A program made the translations under genes and the position numbers. Positions 17,980 to 26,238 of a stretch of DNA of 64,000 bases are shown piece by piece; within the stretch, counting starts at the first letter, position 1, and each line of letters opens with the position of its first letter. Source of the stretch: a virus; IMG/VR virus record IMGVR_UViG_3300002835_000148, one strand, 5' to 3'. The notes under the pieces were generated by a model. That model was not told the origin of the DNA, made no database searches, and was given only the letters and a program-made list of their open reading frames with translations.

Positions 17980-19035
17980 ATGTCAAATCTATCCAACCAG
18001 CAAATAAACCAAACCTTCAACGGTTTACTCCAAGTCCCCGGAGGAGTTACTTCTGCCCTGCAAACGGTGCAGGATGGTAACGGTGCAAGCACTCAGCTAA
18101 AAGTAAGCACCACGCAGGTTCAGGTCGGACTCGTAAACTCTGGGGATATTCTTCAAGTGCCGGGCGGTGTTACCTCCCAGCTTAAAACTGTTTATGATGG
18201 GGACAATGTAGCTACGGGGCTGCAAATAAGCACGACTGGAATTAACGCTGCTTACGCTCAACAGGACTACGGCAGCTATGCCAACTACGTTGAGTCACAG
18301 ACTATGACGTGGATAGCACACCGTGGCGGTGCGGGTATGGCTCCTGAAGACACGATGTCTTCTTTTGCGAATGGTATCGCACTGGGCAGTAAAATAATCG
18401 AGTGTGATGTGCAGATCAGCTTAGACAACGTACCTGTAATCATCCACGACTCTACTGTGGATCGTACTACCAATGGCACAGGCGCAGTCGCAGCATTGAA
18501 TTACTATAGCTACATGCGCGGGCTGGATGCTGGATCATTCTTTAACGCAAAGTTTAGTGACAGCTACATCCCTACACTAGACGAATACTTCGCACTATGT
18601 CGGGCGCGTAACGCGCTTGCAATGCCTGAAATCAAAGGGTATAAAACCCAGAGCAATATCCAGCTTATGCTGGATAGTATGAATAACAACAACTGCCAAC
18701 CGATTACGTGCTGGCAGTCTTTCAATTTTTCTGATCTACAGTACGTTAGAAATTTAGACGCTACTGTTAGCTTAGCCTATCTTTATACACCAACAACGCA
18801 GGCACAGTTGGACACTGTTATCGCTCAGTTAATTGCTCTCGGTGGCCCAGTAGAACTTGCCTGTAGTTATAGCACTGTACTAGCGAATCCCAGTATTACT
18901 TGGGTGTCATCAACAAGCGCAGCTAACATTAAGTTAACAGTTTGGACTGTAGACAGCCCGTATATTGCCAAGCAACTTATGGACTTAGGTATAAATCGAA
19001 TTATGTCTAATTACTATCTGGGGAGTATTATTTAA
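17980..19035 (+). CDS. Tail spike/fibre with glycerophosphodiester phosphodiesterase (GDPD) domain
   Basis: IAHRGGAGMAPEDT...IECDVQISLDNVPVIIHDSTVDRTTNGTG matches the GDPD signature. The N-terminus has two copies of QVPGGVTS-LxTVxDG and looks like a virion-attachment region. Confidence 0.8.
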   Translation: MSNLSNQQINQTFNGLLQVPGGVTSALQTVQDGNGASTQLKVSTTQVQVGLVNSGDILQVPGGVTSQLKTVYDGDNVATGLQISTTGINAAYAQQDYGSYANYVESQTMTWIAHRGGAGMAPEDTMSSFANGIALGSKIIECDVQISLDNVPVIIHDSTVDRTTNGTGAVAALNYYSYMRGLDAGSFFNAKFSDSYIPTLDEYFALCRARNALAMPEIKGYKTQSNIQLMLDSMNNNNCQPITCWQSFNFSDLQYVRNLDATVSLAYLYTPTTQAQLDTVIAQLIALGGPVELACSYSTVLANPSITWVSSTSAANIKLTVWTVDSPYIAKQLMDLGINRIMSNYYLGSII

Positions 19036-20183
19036 TGGCTATAGCAGCAGCAAATGTATGGACGCAATGGCAGTTACAAGGGTCAGGCGGGTCATACACC
19101 ATAGACTCTTCTGGAGTTCTAAACATAATTGACGGCTCCACAAGCACTAATCAATCATTGTATCTGACGATTAACGTGCAAGGTGGGGATGAAATAGAAT
19201 TTTCATGTAAAGCCAAAGCTAACTCCGGCCAAGGTCGGCAGTGGATTAACTATGGTTCCATCGGGAGTGCTTCTGGCGGAAAGCCAGAAATGATTATAGC
19301 TAACAACGCTGATTATCGACCATCTGTGCTGAAAGCTGTTGTTCCAGCGTCTTTCGATATTACAACGTGCTACATTGGCGTTGGGTGCACCACTCCAGAT
19401 ATTGGTGATATTTCTGTGATGGAGCCTGTTGTAACTCTCAATGGCACGCAGATTTACTTTGGGATTGACCCTAATAGCAATACCATTCGCTTTAACGCAA
19501 CCACAACGCCTAATCGTACTATTGTTGCACAATCATCATTTGTTGATGTAAACGGCGGTTATAATGGCTTGTACGCTAGCATTGGCTCACTTAACCCCGC
19601 TCTAAAAATGGTGGGGGGCACCAATGAAACTACGACTTTTGGTATCGCCCAATATGCTGATGATGCGGCAAGCGGGACAATCCGCTTCGGTAAAACGCGC
19701 ACCGCAGTCCCCGGAGATACACCAATCGCAACCGTCTTAAACGATTCTATAGGCGCAATAGACGCTAATGGCGATAATGGTACGGGATTTGTCCCCGGCG
19801 CTCGTATAGATTTTCTTCAAGATGGCGTAGCAGCGGCGTTTGTACCGACGGCAATTCGTTTTAGATGCAGCACGGATGTAGCTGATAGGACTACTCGTCT
19901 TACTATATCTTCAGATGGTAATTTACGCCCCGGTGCTAATAACGTGCAAGGCTTTGGCACTACTTCTCTGAGGTGGGCTAATGCCTATATCAATAATGTC
20001 TATAGCGCTAACTTTTATCCGGGTTCTTCTGGTACTGTTATATGGACTTCCGGTTTCGGCTCTCCTGAAGGAGTAGTGGCTGCGCCTGTGGGGTCTTTGT
20101 ATACAAGGACGAATGGTGGTGCTGGTTCTACTTTATTTGTTAAAGAGACAGGGGTAGGCGACACTGGATGGGTAGCCAAATAA
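19035..20183 (+). CDS. Tail fibre protein
   Basis: The C-terminus GSLYTRTNGGAGSTLFVKETGVGDTGWV is a recalled conserved tail-fibre C-terminal motif. Confidence 0.6.
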   Translation: MAIAAANVWTQWQLQGSGGSYTIDSSGVLNIIDGSTSTNQSLYLTINVQGGDEIEFSCKAKANSGQGRQWINYGSIGSASGGKPEMIIANNADYRPSVLKAVVPASFDITTCYIGVGCTTPDIGDISVMEPVVTLNGTQIYFGIDPNSNTIRFNATTTPNRTIVAQSSFVDVNGGYNGLYASIGSLNPALKMVGGTNETTTFGIAQYADDAASGTIRFGKTRTAVPGDTPIATVLNDSIGAIDANGDNGTGFVPGARIDFLQDGVAAAFVPTAIRFRCSTDVADRTTRLTISSDGNLRPGANNVQGFGTTSLRWANAYINNVYSANFYPGSSGTVIWTSGFGSPEGVVAAPVGSLYTRTNGGAGSTLFVKETGVGDTGWVAK

Positions 20184-20221
20184 CGCGGCTGCATACTTTT
20201 GAAAGCTGAATAGGAATCCAC

Positions 20222-22039
20222 GTGCCCTTACAAAAAGTCCAATTTAGACCCGGTATCTCCAGAGAATCCACCAACTACGCCAATGAAGGCGGGTGGTACG
20301 AGTGCGACAAAGTGCGCTTTCGCTCTGGGGCACCGGAAAAGCTAGGGGGCTGGGCATGGCAAGGTGACGAAGAGTATTTAGGTATTTGCCGCCATCTAAA
20401 CGAATGGACTTCTCTCTCAGGGTACTACTTGCTGGGCGTAGGCACTCACACCAATTTCTACATTTGGGTGCGCGAAAACTTTTATGATATTACTCCTTCG
20501 GGGCTAACTCCCGGCCTGCCCATAAATGAGTACGCCGCTGGCTGGGGTGTTGGACACTGGGGTACAGGGCATGGGTGGGGCACGCCGTCTCCTAGCACTT
20601 ACTCTCCTACGGTTACGGTCACTAGGCTGCGTACGTGGAGTGGGGACAACTTCGGGGAAGACCTCGTTTACAACCCAGCCAACCTGCCGATTTACTATTG
20701 GGATGCTTCTGTCAATCTGGACTCAAATGGGGTAGTGACTGGGGCGGGGGTAAATGTAAGGTTCCTACCGGGTGCTGACCTATGCGCTCCTTCTATAGCG
20801 TCTTGGGCTTTTGTCACCGAGGAGCGGCATATTGTTGCGCTAGGGGCTAATGTAACGATTCCGGTTTTAGCTGAGACTATTGTTATTGACACAAATTACA
20901 CCATAGCAGAAGTTGGTAACACAAATTTTATCCCTCTTGGAGCAGCATCTAATACCATCGGGGTTAGCTTTACCGCTATCTTGTCAGGGTCTACGGTAGC
21001 AGGCACTACGGGTACTGTTGTTAGTACAAACACTGCTCAGCAGCCCATGATGGTTAGCTGGTGCTCGCAAGAAAATCCTTTGATATGGAATCCATCTGAC
21101 ATCACAAACACTGCGGGCAATCAACTGCTGTCCATAGGTAGCCGCCTCATAACAGCGGAGAAAACGCGCCAAGAGTATTTGCTTTGGTCTGACGCTGCTC
21201 TGTACTCTATGCGCTATCTGGGTGCTCCGTATGTCTTTGGGTTCAATGTTATCTCAGCATCAATAAGCATCGCGTCCCCCAATGCCAAGGCTAGTGCAGC
21301 AGGTATGACTTTCTGGATGGGGGTAAACAAATTCTATGTATACACAGGAAGAGTGGATTCTCTCCCGTGCTCTTTGTATCAGTATGTCTTTTCAGATATA
21401 AACGCCGAGCAGCTAGACATGGTGTACGCAGGCACAAACGAGCGCTACAACGAAGTGTGGTGGCACTACCCCTCCGCTGAGTCATTGGTCAATGATAGGT
21501 ATGTTGTCTATAACTACTTAGAAAAACTCTGGTACTACGGCTCTTGGGATGCAGCGCAACAGCGCACGGCTTGGATGAACTCCACTCTGTTCAAATACCC
21601 TGTAGCGGCAGCGGGTGTTACGGCGAGTGGGAAAGTGCTGTTCCACGAGTTAGGAGCTGATGATGGCTTTGATATTCCGGCGGTTGCTATCGACGCTTAT
21701 ATTCGTAGTGCAGACTTTGACTTGGGTGAGGGCGATAGCTTTTCATTCATCAAGCGTATCATTCATGACGTAGATTTTATTGGGTCTGATACCACTGCTC
21801 CTGTTGCTGATGTTACGTTATCAGTGAGAAACTATCCGGGCCAAGCTAATTTTATGCAGTCGAATGACGCCGTTGTGGACGGCTCTGAAGTTACCATTCA
21901 GGTATACGAGTACACTCCTGATACGTGGCTCAGACTGAGAGGCAGGCAGGCTTCCTTCCGCATAGAAAGTGATGGCTTAGGCGTTCGCTGGCAGTTAGGT
22001 GTTCCTCGATTAGACATTAAGGCTGATGGCCGCAGGTAG
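20222..22039 (+). CDS. Putative tail tubular B / nozzle-like protein
   Basis: 605 aa with a GTG start. The N-terminus ...STNYANEGGWYECDKVRFRSGAPEKLGGW resembles podovirus tail proteins from memory. Confidence 0.45.
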   Translation: MPLQKVQFRPGISRESTNYANEGGWYECDKVRFRSGAPEKLGGWAWQGDEEYLGICRHLNEWTSLSGYYLLGVGTHTNFYIWVRENFYDITPSGLTPGLPINEYAAGWGVGHWGTGHGWGTPSPSTYSPTVTVTRLRTWSGDNFGEDLVYNPANLPIYYWDASVNLDSNGVVTGAGVNVRFLPGADLCAPSIASWAFVTEERHIVALGANVTIPVLAETIVIDTNYTIAEVGNTNFIPLGAASNTIGVSFTAILSGSTVAGTTGTVVSTNTAQQPMMVSWCSQENPLIWNPSDITNTAGNQLLSIGSRLITAEKTRQEYLLWSDAALYSMRYLGAPYVFGFNVISASISIASPNAKASAAGMTFWMGVNKFYVYTGRVDSLPCSLYQYVFSDINAEQLDMVYAGTNERYNEVWWHYPSAESLVNDRYVVYNYLEKLWYYGSWDAAQQRTAWMNSTLFKYPVAAAGVTASGKVLFHELGADDGFDIPAVAIDAYIRSADFDLGEGDSFSFIKRIIHDVDFIGSDTTAPVADVTLSVRNYPGQANFMQSNDAVVDGSEVTIQVYEYTPDTWLRLRGRQASFRIESDGLGVRWQLGVPRLDIKADGRR

Positions 22040-22044
22040 ATAAA

Positions 22045-22278
22045 ATGGCTAATAACAACAACGTACCCAACTCAGTCCTCCCTCTGCCTCCTTTAGAATA
22101 TGACACGCAGTATTTTAACAGCCTCGTTCGCCAGCTCAATTACATAATCCAGCAACAGGCGAATCCGGGGCAGATGCGCGGGGCGACCCTGACTTTGACT
22201 AATTTACCTACTTCTGCCGCAGGGCTGCCTTCTGGCTCTATCTGGAATAACGCGGGCGTTTTGAACATTGTACCTTAG
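22045..22278 (+). CDS. Hypothetical virion protein (77 aa)
   Basis: Compact ORF between the tail and ejection-protein genes. Confidence 0.45.
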   Translation: MANNNNVPNSVLPLPPLEYDTQYFNSLVRQLNYIIQQQANPGQMRGATLTLTNLPTSAAGLPSGSIWNNAGVLNIVP

Positions 22279-22286
22279 AGGCAATC

Positions 22287-23528
22287 ATGTACGGACTTGA
22301 AAATCTTTTTAGCCAAGGAATCACCGCTGTAGGAGCACCTGCACTATCCTCGTTTGTTAAGGAAGGCACGGGGGACATGATTGCTTCTGGGCTAAGTGGG
22401 CTGGATTTGAAACCGGATACGCTCAAGCTGCTGGGAGATATAGGCAGTGGGACTCTTGGTGCTTTGTCTGGTGCAGCTCTTGGTGCGGGTCTTGGCGCTC
22501 TTACTGGAGGGCAGGCAGGCGCAGCGGGCGGTGCGGCTACAGGTTTGCTAAGTGGCGGCTGGGGTGCATACAAGTCCAAAGATATACAGGGTGCGCTGGG
22601 CAACCCCATGACGCAGCAGGGTGTGGCAAATACTGGGTTTGGTGTGACTCCAGAACAGTTAGCAAAGCCTCAAGCCTTTGGCGTATCCAATCAGCAGTTA
22701 GCAGGGCAAAACGCATCTAGCCCCATAGCAGAAGCGTTCAATAAACCTATTGGCGAAATGCCTTCTGAAGTAACGGCACCCACTGCCGTTGCCTCCACTC
22801 CTGCGGAAGCTGCACCCGCTTCTTCTGATGTAGACTTAGAAAAATACTTTGATATAGCAGGCAAGGGGGCACTGCCTGCATTTACACTTGGCTCTGGTAT
22901 TGGCAGTAACATGGCGCTCAGCGACTACATGAGCGAGCAAGAACAGCAACTACAGCAGAAACGCCAGCAAGAAGCAGCCAAGTTAGCACAGTTGACTCAG
23001 GGATTATACAACTCTCCGGGCTATGCAGATGGCGGTGCGCTAGAAATTCATCCTCCCAACACTGATGCAACTATACGGTTCCCTGAGTGGTTTCTTGAAG
23101 ACTACCAACGGTCAGGTGGCCTCGCTGCGCTGAAAGATCGCTTTGCTAACGGCGGCTTTATTCATACCCAGCCCATAGACCCTAACGCAGCGTACCCACA
23201 GTCACAAATAGCTCGCGCCACTCCCTATCCAGCGGCCTCCCCTCAGCGGAGTGAAGTTGTAGATCATTACGAGCATGGGGGCTTGCTTGAGGGTGATGGA
23301 GATGGGATGAGCGACGATATTCCCGCTAATATCTCAGGACAGGAAGATGTACGAGTCGCTGATGGCGAGTATGTTGTGCCTAAGAAAATAGCGGAATCTA
23401 TGGAAGCTAAGTTAGACCGTATGCTCACAGCAGTACGAAGTGCCGCGCATTCGCATAAGGGCAAGCAGATTATTCAGGACGCTGCTAAAAAAGCCTTCAT
23501 CCATGCTATGACCGGAGTTAAAGCCTAA
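22287..23528 (+). CDS. Internal virion / ejection-type protein
   Basis: 413 aa. The N-terminal half is Gly/Ala-rich. The C-terminal half contains YADGGAL, FANGGFI, YEHGGLL and DGEYVVPKKI. Confidence 0.5.
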   Translation: MYGLENLFSQGITAVGAPALSSFVKEGTGDMIASGLSGLDLKPDTLKLLGDIGSGTLGALSGAALGAGLGALTGGQAGAAGGAATGLLSGGWGAYKSKDIQGALGNPMTQQGVANTGFGVTPEQLAKPQAFGVSNQQLAGQNASSPIAEAFNKPIGEMPSEVTAPTAVASTPAEAAPASSDVDLEKYFDIAGKGALPAFTLGSGIGSNMALSDYMSEQEQQLQQKRQQEAAKLAQLTQGLYNSPGYADGGALEIHPPNTDATIRFPEWFLEDYQRSGGLAALKDRFANGGFIHTQPIDPNAAYPQSQIARATPYPAASPQRSEVVDHYEHGGLLEGDGDGMSDDIPANISGQEDVRVADGEYVVPKKIAESMEAKLDRMLTAVRSAAHSHKGKQIIQDAAKKAFIHAMTGVKA

Positions 23529-23959
23529 TGAACGCTGTAGCAAAAGGGGCGCACCTCGCTGAGCTGAAAGCCAGCATGCACAATGCGATAGACTCTGGCG
23601 AGCTTACCCAGATTGAAGCCCCGTTGGATCACTACCATACGCCCGGCTTATATGGCAGAAGAATCTATGTCCCTGCGGGGGCGACGGTTGTAACTAAGGT
23701 GCATAAATCAGAGCATATAACGGTCGCGCTTAAAGGCCACTGCATTGTTGTAGATGAGCTAGGTAATAAGGCAGAGGTAATAGCCCCTGCGGTGTTTGTA
23801 ACTAAACCCGGAACGCAGCGAGCAGTATACGCAATAACCGACGTAGAGTGGCTAACAGTCCATGCTTGTCAAGAGCAAGTGCTGGAAAAGATAGAAAATT
23901 TTTTGGTTTGTGATACTATGACTGAATACAACAGTCTACAAATTGAGGATAAGTTATGA
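23528..23959 (+). CDS. Small beta-barrel (cupin-like) protein
   Basis: 143 aa. Alternating beta-strand pattern ...RRIYVPAGATVVTKVHKSEHITVALKGHCIVVD...; the fold assignment is tentative. Confidence 0.35.
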   Translation: MNAVAKGAHLAELKASMHNAIDSGELTQIEAPLDHYHTPGLYGRRIYVPAGATVVTKVHKSEHITVALKGHCIVVDELGNKAEVIAPAVFVTKPGTQRAVYAITDVEWLTVHACQEQVLEKIENFLVCDTMTEYNSLQIEDKL

Positions 23960-24711
23960 GCTTCGCCGCCCTTATCACTATCGGCACTACTATAGGCAAT
24001 GTCGCCGGGGCAGCGGCAGCTTCTCTTGGCGGCGTTTTAGGTGGAGCAGCGGGCACCGCTCTCGGTGCAGGGGCTGGCGCTGGTGGTTTGGGCACTATGG
24101 CTGGGGCTACTATGGCGGGCAGTGCAGGTTCTGCACTAGCAGGTACGGCACTTGCTCCTGCGGCGTCAACGACGGCTCTAGCTAATCTAGCTGCGGCGGG
24201 GGCGGGAGCAACGGCTCCAACGTCTTTAGCTTCTGGGGTGGGCGCAGGCGCAGCCGGTAAAATGGGGCTGGCTGGCTTACAGGGAGCGGTTCCCGCTAGT
24301 CCGGGCGTGGGTGTTACTTCTGCGGGTGTTACAGCACCAACAGCAGGAGGAGGTATGTCAACTGCTGCACTGCCTTCAGCGGCGCAGGGGGGACTAGGGG
24401 CTGTAGGAAACTTCTTAGGGCAAACGGCGACAGGGCAAGTAGTAGACCAAGGCGTCAAAGGTATTCAGGCCCAGCAGCAGCGTGCTTCGGTAAATGCGGC
24501 AAATCGTAACGCAACCAGACAGCAACAGCAGGAAGGGCAAAAAGCCCAAGAGCTAGGAGGCAATCTTATGAACCAAAAACTAGCACATGGCGGCTCAGTT
24601 AATCTTGAGAATGGGCAGTTTATTATCCCTGCCGACGTAGTAAGCGCTCTTGGTAATGGCTCAACTAAGGCGGGCGCTAAGTTTCTTGATGAGTTTTTCG
24701 GTAAAGTCTAG
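23956..24711 (+). CDS. Gly/Ala-rich internal virion / ejection-type protein
   Basis: 251 aa. A long hydrophobic Gly/Ala tract is followed by LAHGGSVNLENGQFIIPADVVSALG. Confidence 0.5.
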   Translation: MSFAALITIGTTIGNVAGAAAASLGGVLGGAAGTALGAGAGAGGLGTMAGATMAGSAGSALAGTALAPAASTTALANLAAAGAGATAPTSLASGVGAGAAGKMGLAGLQGAVPASPGVGVTSAGVTAPTAGGGMSTAALPSAAQGGLGAVGNFLGQTATGQVVDQGVKGIQAQQQRASVNAANRNATRQQQQEGQKAQELGGNLMNQKLAHGGSVNLENGQFIIPADVVSALGNGSTKAGAKFLDEFFGKV

Positions 24712-25124
24712 TGGCCTATAGCGTCCAAGAAGTACCCATAGAGTTTGTAAATAGAGCGTGGCCTGATGTAGAGAAGTTTATCACCACCTCTGTTGAGTAT
24801 GCTGATGGAGAGTTTACTTTAGACGAAGTGAAAGCGCGGCTGGTGCAGGGTTCTTGGGCTTTAGTTGTTGCAGTGGATGAGAGCAACACAGTGCGTGGAG
24901 TAGCTACCGTGGCTTATTATAATAGAACTGACCATCGCGTAGCTTTTGTGACTAATTTCGGCGGTAAGTTTGTGTCCAATCCAGAGGTGTTTTCTCAGTT
25001 CGCTTCTATCTTAGTGAGCAAGGGGGCTACATGTATGGAAGGGGCGGTTCGTGACTCGATGTTGCGCTTGTGGGCTAGGCTAGGTGCCCGGAAAAAATCC
25101 ACCAATATCCAAATCATATTGTAA
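24711..25124 (+). CDS. Hypothetical protein (137 aa, GTG start)
   Basis: Compact ORF. An acetyltransferase-like strand/helix pattern is possible but unsupported. Confidence 0.4.
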   Translation: MAYSVQEVPIEFVNRAWPDVEKFITTSVEYADGEFTLDEVKARLVQGSWALVVAVDESNTVRGVATVAYYNRTDHRVAFVTNFGGKFVSNPEVFSQFASILVSKGATCMEGAVRDSMLRLWARLGARKKSTNIQIIL

Positions 25125-25143
25125 AAATTTAGAAGGTAACATT

Positions 25144-26238
25144 ATGGCCTCAGCTCCCGGACAACTCGCCCAAACTTCATCCACCCAAATAACCGACCTT
25201 TCGGACTACGCTAAACAACTATTGTACGGGCAGCAGTTTGCTCCCGGTTCTGTCACCTTGCGCCGTGGCGCTCAAGATGCTCGTTTATACGAAGGCATGT
25301 ACGGTGGCAATCCTGAATACACTAGGCAGTGGGCGGGGTTAGCCCCCGATGCAGATTTGGCAGCATATAAATCCCAGCTAGGCACTGCCAACCCACCTGC
25401 TACCAAAGAAGCGCCAAAGGAAGAAGCGCCGAAAAAGGCGGCTGAAGGCGGCATCATGTCCCTACGTGGCTACAAAAAAGGCAAAGGCATTACCGCTGAC
25501 CGCGCTGATTTTCTCAGGACTAGGCAAGAGGAAGGCAAGAAATTAACACCTATGCAGCTAAAGAATCTCGCTGCATACGACAAAGCGGAGGCCAAAAGAG
25601 CTGCTGCATCCCCCTATACCCGTGCGGAAGCAGATGTAGGCGTAGTGCCATTCTACGACCCTAAAACAATGATGTCTACGAACCCTTACTTTCTTAGGGC
25701 TATTGAGGAAATAGAAAAAAGAAAGTCGTGGACTGATCCGGGCGTGTCTGAGCAATACATGAGTCCCTACATAAAGAATGTCATTGACGAGCAGAAGCAG
25801 CAGGCTAATAGGGACTTTGCTCAACAGCAGAATCTGCTCCGTTCAAATCAGGTCGGCCTGGGTGCGTTTGGTGGCTCTCGCGGTGCATTGATGGAAACGG
25901 AAGGCCAGCGCAACCAGAATTTCCTGCTAAACAAAATAGCCCAAGAAGGCTTGCAGAACGCTTACACGCAAGGTATGGGTCAGTTTAACACGGGGCAGGA
26001 TCAGCTAATGGCAGGTGCTCAGGGCTGGGGTGCCGCAGGGCAAACGCTACAAGGTCTGGGCCAAGACTACTACAACACCAGACAGCAGAGCGCTAAAAAT
26101 TATTGGGGTGGCGCAACGCAAGCAGCGAGTCCGGGAGTAACCATGATAACAGGTATGCCGGGATCAGCTACGACGGGGCAATATACTCAGGTGCCTAGCT
26201 ATTGGGGTGCAGGTAAAGCTAAAGGGGGCAAAGTATGA
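25144..26238 (+). CDS. Internal virion / ejection-type protein
   Basis: ATG 25144 (MASAPGQL) is preferred over the ORF-track start at 25084. The protein is Gln/Gly-rich and ends GAGKAKGGKV. Confidence 0.5.
   Translation: MASAPGQLAQTSSTQITDLSDYAKQLLYGQQFAPGSVTLRRGAQDARLYEGMYGGNPEYTRQWAGLAPDADLAAYKSQLGTANPPATKEAPKEEAPKKAAEGGIMSLRGYKKGKGITADRADFLRTRQEEGKKLTPMQLKNLAAYDKAEAKRAAASPYTRAEADVGVVPFYDPKTMMSTNPYFLRAIEEIEKRKSWTDPGVSEQYMSPYIKNVIDEQKQQANRDFAQQQNLLRSNQVGLGAFGGSRGALMETEGQRNQNFLLNKIAQEGLQNAYTQGMGQFNTGQDQLMAGAQGWGAAGQTLQGLGQDYYNTRQQSAKNYWGGATQAASPGVTMITGMPGSATTGQYTQVPSYWGAGKAKGGKV

Noticed and set aside
23916-24458. 180-aa minus-strand ORF and an 80-aa plus-strand alternative-frame ORF inside the Gly/Ala-rich ejection protein gene.
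   Set aside because: GC-rich repetitive GCN/GGN codons leave several frames open by chance. Only the plus-strand frame at 23956-24711 is coupled to its neighbours.
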